From positions 36,902,901-36,954,000 of the forward strand of contig NC_059439.1 of assembly GCF_021028975.2 (NCBI RefSeq): a DNA stretch of 51,100 nucleotides, in the 5' to 3' direction. The position numbers and the translations under genes were made by a program. The notes below the pieces were generated by a model. It was not told where the DNA came from, ran no database searches, and saw nothing but the letters and a program-made list of their open reading frames with translations. The first letter of the stretch is position 1. Every line of letters starts with the position of its first letter. Positions 11,485 to 23,400 of this stretch are shown here, piece after piece. The stretch is from Sphaerodactylus townsendi (Eukaryota).

Positions 11485-14400
11485 TTATACGTGACTGTCC
11501 TCAGCAGGTAGGTCGCTTTCTGCTAGGAAGAATGTTGAACAAGCGTAGCCAAGAAGGGTGTAAGTCGGGTCTAGATCCTGCAAGAGATGTAGCAAAGTTT
11601 TTGTTTGGAAGCATGCCTGACGAACAGAATACAGAAATATAAGACATCCCCTGAAAATAAGACATAGCGCATCTTGGGGAGCAAAAATTAATATAAGACA
11701 CTGTCTTATATTTGGGGANNNNNNNNNNNNNNNNNNNNNNNNNNNNNNNNNNNNNNNNNNNNNNNNNNNNNNNNNNNNNNNNNNNNNNNNNNNNNNNNNN
11801 NNNNNNNNNNNNNNNNNNNNNNNNNNNNNNNNNNNNNNNNNNNNNNNNNNNNNNNNNNNNNNNNNNNNNNNNNNNNNNNNNNNNNNNCCGCCTCATATGT
11901 ATATATACACAGACATACACACATACACATATATACACATATATTCATCAAGACAGGAAGGTTGGGTACACAATCAATCTGAAACTCACTGGGAATTCAA
12001 ATTCTGCTCCGGAGTCAGCATCGTCGTTCACCTGGTTCTGTATGGCCGGGTCCCCACCTTTGGACGACACCGGTTTAGATTTGGGCAGGATCCCCCAGTC
12101 TTGGTCCACTTCTCGTGGCTTGGCTTTTTCCTGGAGTTCTAACCACAGAGCATAACGTAACTGATGCAGCTGCTTCTAAAATCGCGCATTTACCGTAACT
12201 TAGCACCCCTGGCCTTTCTCTTTAGCTGGCCTCTACGCGAAGCTCTTGGACAGAGAAGGGAATTTTCATCGGAAAGGCTGCTCAGACCCAAAAGATGCAG
12301 CGGAGGCAGGAATCCAACCGGCCCGTTTTTCTTTTTAGCAGGAGAAGAAGCAGCCCTGCTTGAATTTCTGCCTGCCGTGACTTGCTAGGGAACAAGCGAG
12401 CTATCTTGGGAATCTCACGGGAGCCAGGAATAAGAACGAGAATGGCCTGCCTGTGTCCTACTTACCTAGGTGCATTCTGCTGGGACAGTTGATTCTGAAA
12501 GGGAAAAATGACAACCACTTCAGATTGGGGAGAGAAATGGGGTAAAGTGGGAGCTAGGGGCAACCAGGCAGGGGCAGGGGCTCTTGGGGTTGCCACCCGC
12601 CATCATTATTGGTTAAGGCTGCCAACCTCCAGGTGGGGCCTGGAGATATCCCAGAACGACAATTGATCTCCAGACAAGGATCAGTTAGAAGAGAGCCAGC
12701 GTGGTGTGGTGGTTAAGAGCAGGTGCACTCTAATCTGGAGGAACTGGGTTTGATTCCCCGCCACTTGAGCTTATCTGGTGAACCAGATTAGCTTGTGCAC
12801 TCCAGCCCATGCCAGCTGGGTGACCTTGGGCTAGTCACAGTTCTTCTGAGTTCTCTCAGTTCCACCCACCTCACAGGGTGTCTGTTGTGGGGGGGGGGGA
12901 AGGGCAAGGAGATTGTAAGCCCCTTTGAGTCTCCTTACAGGAGAGAAAGGAGGGATATAAATCTTCTACTTATGCTGCCTTCAGTTCCATGGTAAAATAA
13001 ATGCATTGAGGAAATGACAGACGTAAGAAGTCCGGCTGACTTTCCTGGGTTTTCCAGGCTGTGTGGCCGGGATCTGGTAGTTTTGACCTAACGTTTCCCC
13101 TGCATCTGTGGCTGGCATCTTCAGAGGCAACATGCAAGATATGGTGACTTGCCTCTGAAAATGCCAGCTACAGACGTGAGCGAAACATTAGGAGCAAAAA
13201 CCACCAGACCACGGACACACCACCTGGAAAACCCACAGCCGCCAGCTGATTCTGGCTGCAGAAGCCTCCTGCAATATAGACGTGAGAAACCCTTGCAGGG
13301 AGAGTCCCAGGTAATTCGCCTCCTTACCGGCTCACTCCCCTGGAATGGGGACCCTTCAAGGATTTCCAGAAGGACCTGGAAGATGGAGAGGGATGGAAAA
13401 ATCAGCTCTCTTGGCCCAGTTCCTTGAAGCAGCTGGACAGCCAGAGTAGGAAACTAGGATTCTGCACTAGGAAGGAAGCCGTGTGCTTGTGGCTCTCCTG
13501 TTCCTTAGAGGGATCCGCCTCTTTTCGACCCTGTAATCCTCTGACATGAGAGGCTGTGAAATTCCCTGCGGAGGCTTCTCTGGGGAATTCAGATCAGCCT
13601 GGGCACTCCCACACACGCCAGCTGGGTGACCTTGGGCTAGTCACAGCTTCTCGGAGCTCTCTCAGCCCCACCCACCTCACAGGGTGTTTGTTGTGAGGGG
13701 GGAAGGGCAAGGAGATTGTCAGCCCCTTTGAGTCTCCTGCAGGAGTGAAAAGGGGGGATATAAATCCAAACTCTTCTTCTTCTTCTTCCTTGGCTGAAAT
13801 GCCTAGAGGGAGGGGATCCCATCCTGGGTTAAGTCCAGCACCCCAAATTCCTTCAGGGCTTGCCTTTCCCCCAACCTGTGGCTTCATTCTTGCTTACCTG
13901 GAGAGTCTCCTGCTGTTTCCTGGGGACAGAAGAGAGAAAGAAACAGCATTTTATACTGGAGGGGTTTGGCTTCTCCATCTTTCTGGGCCCCCAAAAGATC
14001 TGAAACTCCCACCTCCTGGCACCCGACTGTCCCCCTGGTGCCCCCGTCCCTGAAATACCTTTCCGTTTCTTTCTGAAGAGCCAGACGACGAACGCCAGAA
14101 ACAGCACTGCGGCACCACTGCAGCCTACCACTAGGGGGAGAAGAGAGTCTGCACACACACAAAAATGATTATTGATCGCTTGATCAGTTCAACCACACTT
14201 TGGCATCCTTCCCGCCACCCAAAATGTGACTTTCTGGTCGGTTTCCCTGGCTCCAGAGGCGTATCTAGGGAAAATGTAGCCTGGTACAAAATCTGAGTTT
14301 TCTGCACCCACCCACCCACCCCCGCCCCATATGGGCAGCCGCCCTCCTCCACCATGACCAAACGACGTCTGCAAGTCACTTGTCTTGAAGTCAGTGTATG

Positions 14401-17400
14401 GGCCTGGAGGGACGGAGGAAGGGTGTGGGGTGCGTGACTAAATGGCTGCAGGCCAAGGACATTTGACCCCATATGTCCCCCTAGGCGGTACGCCCCTGGG
14501 CGGTCCGTCCTCCAGACTCCACAGCTCCCTGGCATGTTGGGTTCCTTTCTGATAACAGCACAAAGCATCCCCTGACTTGGGGTGCTGTGTGGTTTCCGGG
14601 CTGCATGGCCGTGTTCTAGCAGCATCCTCTCCTGACGTTTCGCCTGCATCTGTGGCTGGCATCTTCAGAGGATCTGATAGTAGGAATGGAAAGCAAGTGG
14701 AGTATATATACTGCGAGGTCAAAAGGTGAGGCCCTCTGAATGGAGTAGCCTGGCATGTGAGTCACAAAGAAGTCTGTAGCCTGGGAGTGACAATGAAGAT
14801 AGCAAGGTCAATAGGTGAATGCATCTGAATAGAACAGCCATTCTCAACCAGGGTTCCGTGGTACCCTGGGGTGCCGTGAGCATGTCCCAGGGGTACGGTG
14901 GCAACACTACCGCCCCCCCTCATTTTTGTGGTGACTCCCACCGGCGCCAGCAAGTACATGGAGCTGGCCCATGGGACAGGGCCTGCCATAAGGTCAGCAC
15001 CCCCCCCCCCCCGTGCTTACCTTCACCCTGGGAGGGGAAGGTGGGGTGTGTGGCAAGCAGGGGCAGTAGGAGGGGAAGGTGGAGGGTGGCGGCAGGGGTA
15101 CCATGAGATATGAAGAGTGAGGTCAAGGGTACCCTGACCTCGAAAAGGTTGGGAAGCACTGGAATAGAAGTATCCTGATCTTTGTTTCCTTTGTTTGCTA
15201 TTGTCTATAGTTGTTATGTTTTTGGGTGGAGCTGATCAGTCACTGTCTTGATTTTAGAGTTTTTCAACACTGGCAGCCAAATTCTGTTCATTTTCATGGT
15301 TTCTCCCTTCCTTCAATAGCAATCAAAGGAAACAAAGACCAGGATACTTCTATTCAGATGCATTCACCTATTGACCTTGCCATCTTCATTGTTACTCCCA
15401 GGCTACAGACTTCTTTGTGACTCACATACCAGGCCACTCTATTCAGAGGGCCTCACCTTTTGACCTCACAGTATATATACTCCACTTGCTTTCCATTCCT
15501 TCTATCAGATCCTCTGAAGATGCCAGCCACAGATGCAGGCGAAACGTCAGGAGAGAATGATGCTAGAACACGGCCAGTCAGCCCAGAAACCACACAGCAC
15601 CCCAGGGATTCCGGCCGTGAAGGCCTTCGACAATACATCCCCTGACTTCTCCCTTGGCAAAGGGTGCCACCCTCCAGCTGGTGGCTGGAGATCTTGCTAT
15701 TACAACCGCTCTCTGGGCGACAGAGACCTTGGAGGGCCAGGTTGGTTTGGAAGGGGGATGCCAGGGCAAGAAACGGAAGAAGAAATTCTTATTGTTGCTA
15801 TACCAAGAGGTTGTGTGCCATTTTCATTTTTAGCCTCGGATGCTGTCGTCGGCTGTGAGGCTGATCTGGGGCCGCCGCTGCTCGTGAATGGCGTTGCGGA
15901 GTCCGGAAAAGGGCTGATGCTGCTGGATACTCCGACGTGGGATGTAGTTCTGGAAAAGTTGGGCACAAAGGACTCGGTTGCTGCGCCGGTGATGGGAAAC
16001 GCAGAAAGAACCTCAGAGCATGTTGACTGTGAAGAGCTGGGCGGGGAGGTTGCTGGTCTGTCAGGTCCGGCGGAGGGGGAGCTCTCCTCCGTAACCGGGT
16101 GGGATGAGGTGACTTGTAAAGGCGATGTGGTTGCAGCTGCAGGAGATCTGGTGACTCTCCTTTTGCTTCCATGGGTGTGAGCGTCCGGGACAGCGGTGGA
16201 GGAGTCTGGTCCTGTGACAGTTGGAGGAACGGAAGAAAGAACCACAGAGCACCAAGATTAGGAGGAGGAGGAGGAGGAGTTTGGATTTCTATCCCCCCTT
16301 TCTCTCCTGCAGGAGACTCAAAGGGGCTGACAATCTCCTTGCCCTTCCCCCCTCACAGCAAACACCCTGTGAGGTGGGTGGGGCTGAGAGAGCTCCGAGA
16401 AGCTGTGACTAGCCCAAGGTCACCCAGCTGGCGTGTGCGGGAGTGCCCAGGCTAATCTGAATTCCCCAGATAAGCCTCCACAGCTCAGGCGGGAGAGCTG
16501 GGAATCAAACCCGGTTCCTCCAGATTAGATACACGAGCTCTTAACCTCCTATGCCACTGCTGCTCCCAGTGGCGTAGAAAGGATTTCTATGTGGTTATCC
16601 CTCCCCTTGGCAGATTCTCTCTAAATCAGTGGTTCTCAACTTTCCTAAAGCCACGACCCTGTAATACAGTTCCTCATGTTGTGGTGACCCCCAACGCTAA
16701 CATTTATCCATTTTACAGATGGAGAACACTGATGCAGAGAGTCTTAGGCGACCCCTGTGAAAGGGTCGTTCGACCCCCAAAGGGGTCGCGACCCCCAGGT
16801 TGAGAACCGCTGCTCTAGATCATCACATTTAGCCAGAAATGCCCTCCCCCACCACGACCAAACATCTTTTTTTGCACCAGGTGTTGAAGTCAGTGTATGG
16901 ACTCGGGGGGAAGGAGGAGGGGTGTGGGGTGCGATTTTCCACCCCCCCCCCATGTGACTGAATGCAGTCTGGGGACATTGGATCCCGTATGTCCGCCCCC
17001 GTCTCCATCCCTTCCATGTGCTTGCACTTGTTGCTCAAGTTCCAGAACTGCTTTCTATGGGGATGGAGAATATTCCATCCCGTCCTATTTCACATGCCGT
17101 CTTTGCTTGTTGATAAGCTGTTTTGAACTCCTGTGCCCCAGGCGTCTCTTCTCTACTCTTCTCCTGCTTAGCTCTCGCTGTCCCCTCTTCTCAAAAGACT
17201 CGAGGTCTCTTATCCTCTAAGCCCCAGGCCACAAATGCTAGCCACTGATTCGCTCCCTTTGCTTCCCTTCCAGCTCATGAACGTGCCCTTCAAATAAACT
17301 GATATCAATAAACAGGGCCTTACCCATCACAGAAATATGGGTGTTGTTGCTTTTCGTCGACTGGATCTCCCGCCCAGATTCCACAACATGATATGTACAG

Positions 17401-20400
17401 GAATACCTTCCACTGTCTTGCGGTGAGAGGCGTAACGTGTACGTGTTCCTGTTCGGAGAGGATGAGAGTTGGTGGGGTTCATGCAGGCGCCGGTCGTCTT
17501 TATGAAACATGATCTTTGTCACAGGACGACTGTCAGAAACCGAGCATGTGAAGTTTATGAACTCCCCGCTTCTGTAGACCTCTCGCTTTGGGGACACAGA
17601 AAGGACCGGGGTACGGAGGCGCTCTGAGAAGGAAAGCAGAAAGGTATGGAGAAAAAAACCCACAGGCCAGGGAAAGCAAATTTCAACGGTTAACTTCACC
17701 CTTAATACAGAATCATAGAGTTGGAAGAGACCCCTAAGGGCCATCCAGTCCAACCCCCTGCCATGCAGGAACACACAATCAAAGCACTCCCGACATATGT
17801 TCATCCAGCCTCTGTTTAAAAACCTCCAAAGAAGGAGACTCCACCACTCTCCGAGGCAGTACCTTCCACTGCCGAACAGCCCTGACTGTCAGGAAGTTCT
17901 TCATAATGTTTAGGTGGAATCTCTTTTCCTTCCCCTTGAACCCATGACTCCTGGTCCTGGTCTCTGGAGCAGCAGAAAACAAGCTTGCTCCCTCCCCAAC
18001 ATGACATCCCTTCAGATATCTAAACATCGTGGCTGTCATGTAACCTCTTAACCTTCTCTTCCCCAAACTAAAGTTCTTCCTAATGTTTGGAATCTCTGTC
18101 TGCACCTTGCATATGAAGGGAGCTCTGACTCTCGAAAGCTTATATCTCGGAAATCTCATGTGTCTCTCTCGGGTGTTGCTGGACTCTAATCCAGCACGAG
18201 TATCCCTGTTGCAGGACCGAATCTGAAGCACTCCTACATTCAACAATGACGCGGCTGGCCTCCACACGGCCAGGGCCTTTACAGCTCTGGCACCGGCCTG
18301 GTGGAACACACTACCACCAGCTGTCCGGGCCCTGCGGGACCTTGGAGAATTCCGCAGGGCCTGTAAGACTGAACTGTTCCACCGGGCCTTTGGAGAGTCC
18401 AGCCACTGATAGTGCCTCTGCCCCCCCCTCCCCCTCTGCTACAGGGTCCCCTAACATCATTGGGACTCATTTCTTTTCTGGGGAGGGTTGGATATGGATT
18501 TCGTGGGGTGCTATTTTTAGAACATAACTGTTTTAAATTGTATGTTATATAGACGATTTTATGTTGTTCACTGCCCTGAGCCCTTCGGGGATAGGGCGGT
18601 ATACTAAATTTAATAAATAAATAAAATAAAATAAATAATAAATAACAAAGCACTCAATAGACCTCTCCCATTAACAGACAAAATCTTGCTCACTTGTCAC
18701 AGCTACAGAGACGAGGCCGCTGTGCGGGGACCAGATCTCCTGTTCGGAAAGCAGCGTCCAGTAGGTGCAGCTGTACTTCCCAGCAGTGTTTTGGGACACC
18801 TTGAATGTTTTATAGGGCCCTTGGCCTGTAGAGGGGAGCTCCTTGAAGGTCTGGTCTCGCTGTTCTTTGTAAAAGACGTATCCGGCCGCCTCTACCTCCT
18901 CTGGAGCAGAACAAGTCAGGGTGACTTTTTCCCCTTGGAGGTACACGGGATACTCTGGATCCAGGGAAAGGGCTGCCGGTTGGAGCTCTGGGATTGCAGG
19001 GAAAATATATATTTTAAAAGTTTGGGATTAATTCCATGAAATCAGTTTTTCAAGTCAGAAGCTGGGACACAGCAAAAGAATAAGTACAATATAAAACCAT
19101 ATTTATTTTTATTTTTATTTTATTTATTTATTATTTCTATAAAAAATAAATAAAAATTATTTCTTGAATTTGTAGACCGCCCCATCCCCGGGGGGCTCTG
19201 GGCGGTGCACAACAATATTCATTGCAATCAGTAAATTATTAAACCAATAAAATCTATTAAAATCTATTAAAAGCAGCGGTCAGTACAGAGATATCAGGCA
19301 CCCCAAAAACCAATTTAATTAGAGGCCTCCCTAAGGAAAGGGAACGGCCGGACTCCCCTCTAAGAGGATAGCATATGGTGGTAATCGAATATAGAGAGGG
19401 GGGCGCACATATAAGCAACAGCAATGTACTGTGTGTTTGTTCCTTAGGGAAACAAGTGCCTGGCGAAGCACTTTGTTGGACTGCTTAATATACTCTGTAT
19501 ATAGTTACTTGTACATATAGCAACTCAATGGTAAAAGCCTTCTTTTGAAAGAAACAGCTGTGTGGAGTTTTTCTTCTTGAAGGTGGGAGTCTGCTGTATA
19601 TGTCCACTTGTCTACTTTGAGTAGTACCGCTCAAGTCTGCTATCAGTTGTCACCATTCTGAATGGATGAAAGAACTACTGCAAGGGAAAGAAAAAACTTC
19701 CCTCCCTCCCTGTTGTCACTTCTGTAATAAGCTGGAAATGATATCACACAGTGGTGGGATCCAAAAATTTTAGTAACAGGTTCCCATGGTGGTGGGGTTC
19801 AAACTGTGGCATAGCGCCAATGAGGCTGGGTGGGGCATGACCTGGGCGTGGCCAGTCATTCTGGGGGCGGGGCATTCCTGGGCTTGGGCAGGAAACGAAT
19901 GCACGCAGGCGCAGGCTGCCACGCACGCCGGTGCACCTCCTGCTAGACTGCTTCATGTTCTGCGCGCTGCTGCTGAGAGGAGGGGCGTAACTAAGGCCAA
20001 AATTACGTGGCAAAATCACCAATTAGTCGCCCCCTCACGGCACACACAAATAATTAGTAACCCACTTTCGGGAACCTGTGAGAACCTGCTGGATCCCACC
20101 TCTGATAACACACCCAGGTGATGCTCTGGTATACCCACAAAACTAGGAATGCCAGAGCATCCACTCCACTGCACGGTTGTATCACTTCCGGGTCACACTG
20201 GAAGTGATGGCATTATGCTGGGGGTGCTGATAACCCCCTCTCCAACCGTGAGCCCCCACCTCCCCCACCGCCTGTAAAGGGACAGGCAGTGCCTCGCCCC
20301 CCTAGGAACATTCCTCACCAGTGATGGTGACCTCACGATGGTCACTTTGTGCAGACTGAACAGGTACTCCCGCATCATTTTTTCCTTTGTAAACACAGAT

Positions 20401-23400
20401 GAATGTATTCTGCGGTTCCAGGTGTGCTGTGGAGATCTCCCAGCTGTCTTCTTGCTGCTGTCTCTGCAGGGCCCATTTACCACCTGGCGTCATTTTATAG
20501 AACAGGAATTCCTCTGCCCTCTGCCTTTCCGGTGGGGTGCAGTTCAATCGGAGCTTCTCTCCTCGGATAAAAATATGATGCAGAGGGACCAGGGACAGCC
20601 TGGGTGCTGGAGGAGGTGGACTCCCAGGTGTTGGGTGGGGTCCTGAGAAAGGAAAGCAGACGCCAGATTGGACCTGTTTCTTCTGCTCTGCTCCTGGAAC
20701 TAGGACTTCCCAACGAGCAGTAGATCGACAGCTCTGACGGCAGAGAATTCAGTTCTCCGTAAATGTTTTTTTTAATTAAACACTTTATTGAATAGTTAAA
20801 ATGTGTTACAACAATAAGTCATACATGTTATACATAAATTTTTAAAAAATTATATATGTTATACATACTTCTTTCGTACAATCAGCAATACTTTCTATAA
20901 CCTTTTTCTTTGGTTCTCCCTGAATGGGAGTATTTATTTGCCGAGTAATTAATTAAGGCTTCTCTTCCCAGATACCCTATCTATCCTATAAACATATTAA
21001 CGCAAAGTTTAACAGACAGAGCTTCACTTGAATAGCATTATGCTACTAACTTTGAAAACATTAAATAATAAATTTATCTATCTCAATTCCCTCTTTTTTT
21101 GGAAGGAAAAAAAAACGTTAGAAGTGTCCATATGTTCTCTCTCACCTTCGTATCTTCTTCCTGTAAAGACAACGTAAAATGTAAAAAAAAAAAAAAGTTC
21201 TCCGTAAATGTCGAACACGCACATTGTGCCCGTTCCAGGCTAGCGTGCCAACTTCCTGCTGGTACCCAAACATCTCCCCCCAGACCCCACTTCTCACCTC
21301 CTCCCCCACTGCTTTGCAAGGAGACAGGGTGTTCTTTGCAACCCTAGGAACGTTCCTCACCGGCGACGGCGACCACGCGATCGTCACTTTGTGCAGACAG
21401 GACAGGCTCTCCCGCATCGTTTTCTCCTTTATAAAGACAGATGAATGTATTCTGCGGCTCCAGGTGTTCTGTGGAGACCTCCCAGGTGTCTTCTTGCTGC
21501 TGGGTCTGCAGGGCCCATTTGCCCCCATTTTCCACCCATTTGTAGAACAGGAATTCCACGGGCCTCTGCCATTTCGGCGGGGTGCAGGTCAACCGGAACT
21601 TCTCTCCTCGAGTAAAAATATCACGCAGAGGGAGCAGGGACAGTGTTGGAGGAGGTGGACTCACAGGTGTTGGCTGGGCACCTGAGAAAAGAAAGGAGAT
21701 GCCAGGAGCAGCACTGGCGTAGGAGGTTAAGAGCTCTGGAGGAACCGGGTTTGATTCCCCGCTCTGCCGCCTGAGCTGTGGCTTATCTGGGGAATTCAGA
21801 TTAGCCTGTACACTCCCACACATGCCAGCTGGGTGACCTTGGGCTAGTCACAGCTTCTCGGAGCTCTCTCAGCCCCACCCACCTCACAGGGTGTTTGTTG
21901 TGAGCGGGGAAGGGCAAGGAGATTGTCAGCCCCTTTGAGTCTCCTGCAGGAGAGAAAGGGGGGATATAAATCCAAACTACTACTACTACTCCTCCAGATC
22001 AGACCTGTTTCTTTTGCTCTGCTCCTGGAACTGGGACTTCCCAACGAGCAGGAGATTGACAGCTCCTAGGGCCGAGAATTCAATACGGAGGATTCAATTC
22101 TCCATAAATGTTGAATGCACACAGTGGGCCCATTCCAGACTAAATGCCTATTTTGGAACAACATGGGCACACTTGGCTTTTGTCTCTCTGACTGAGGAGG
22201 TCAGATGACACTGGACGTGGCTGGCTGGCAGTTGGACCCAGACCTCTTGTCGTCTTCTGCTCCCGCACTCTCCTGTACTTAAACTACTCTGTTGCCTGTT
22301 TGTTTATAAAAGATCTTTCGGTTCCCGTTCCTTTCTTCCTTTTTGGAACTTCTTCTGCAATCTGTCTCCTTTTTCCCAACCACAGCAGAGGTGGGATCCA
22401 GCAGGTTCTCACAGGTTCCCGAGAGTAGGTTTTAATGATTTGTGTGTGCCGAGAGGGGGTGACTAATGGGTGATTTTGCCAGAGTGATTTTTGCCTTAGT
22501 TACGCCCCTCCTCTCAGCAGTAGCGCGCAGAACTTGAAGCAGTCCAGCAGGAGGTGCACCAGCGTGCGTGGCAGCCTGTGCCTGTGTGCATTCGTTTCCC
22601 GCCCAAGGACCGGTGCAGCGGCTGCGTCCTTGCCACAGCCCCGCCCAGGAATGCCCCGCCCCCGGAATGCCCGGCCATGCCCCCATCGTGCCCCGCCCCG
22701 CCCAGCCTCATTGGTGCTACGCCACAGTTTGAATCCCACCACCATGGGAACCTGTTACTAAAAATTTTGGATCCCACCACTGAACCACAGCCTTCTTTTC
22801 TATTGCCACCCCTGCTTATCTAATATTCACGGTACACCTCGGGGTCAAAACTGGCAACAGAAACTGCCTCACCGCTCAGAATCACAGGCGGACAAACAGA
22901 AATAAAATATTTCCTGGCAGGAGATGTAATGTTTCCTCTGTGGAGTTCTGCAAAGCATTTAGCCCAAAACGTTTTGTTTCCAGCCTGAAAACATTTCACT
23001 TGCATGCTGTTTCCCAGCGATTCTTTGGTGACACCATTTTGAAAACGTTTTTACTTCCTGTGCGATCTCTTTAAGACATTTCCCACACCTCCTGGACTTC
23101 CTCACCAGTGATCATTTCTGAGATCGCACCAGCTGCCTGGCGCTGTATTTTCACCAGTTTTTTTTTAATTTCTGGGGTCGTGTCCAGAGGTGGGATCCAA
23201 CCAGTTCTCACCACTTCTCTAGAAGTGGTTACGAATTTTTTCTGAGTGCCGAGAAGGGGTTACTAAAGCAACCTCCCTGCCCAATAGGGACTGGAGGCGC
23301 GCGTGTGCGGCGGCGCCACTGTTTGAATCCCACCACCGTCGGAACCTGTTATTAAATTTTTTGGATCCCACCACTGGCGTGTCTTTGTAGCTTTGAAGAC

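Larger units (their letters stand above)
14579..15635. mobile_element. Penelope-like retroelement insertion with inverted pseudo-LTR arms
   Basis: Arms ~14579-15203 (interrupted by a hAT MITE) and ~15313-15604 are reverse complements. 13-bp TSD catcccctgactt at 14566-14578 and 15636-15648. Confidence 0.8.

Noticed and set aside
15533-16180. 215-aa plus-strand ORF
   Set aside because: Antisense to the mucin-stalk exon and starts inside the Penelope arm.
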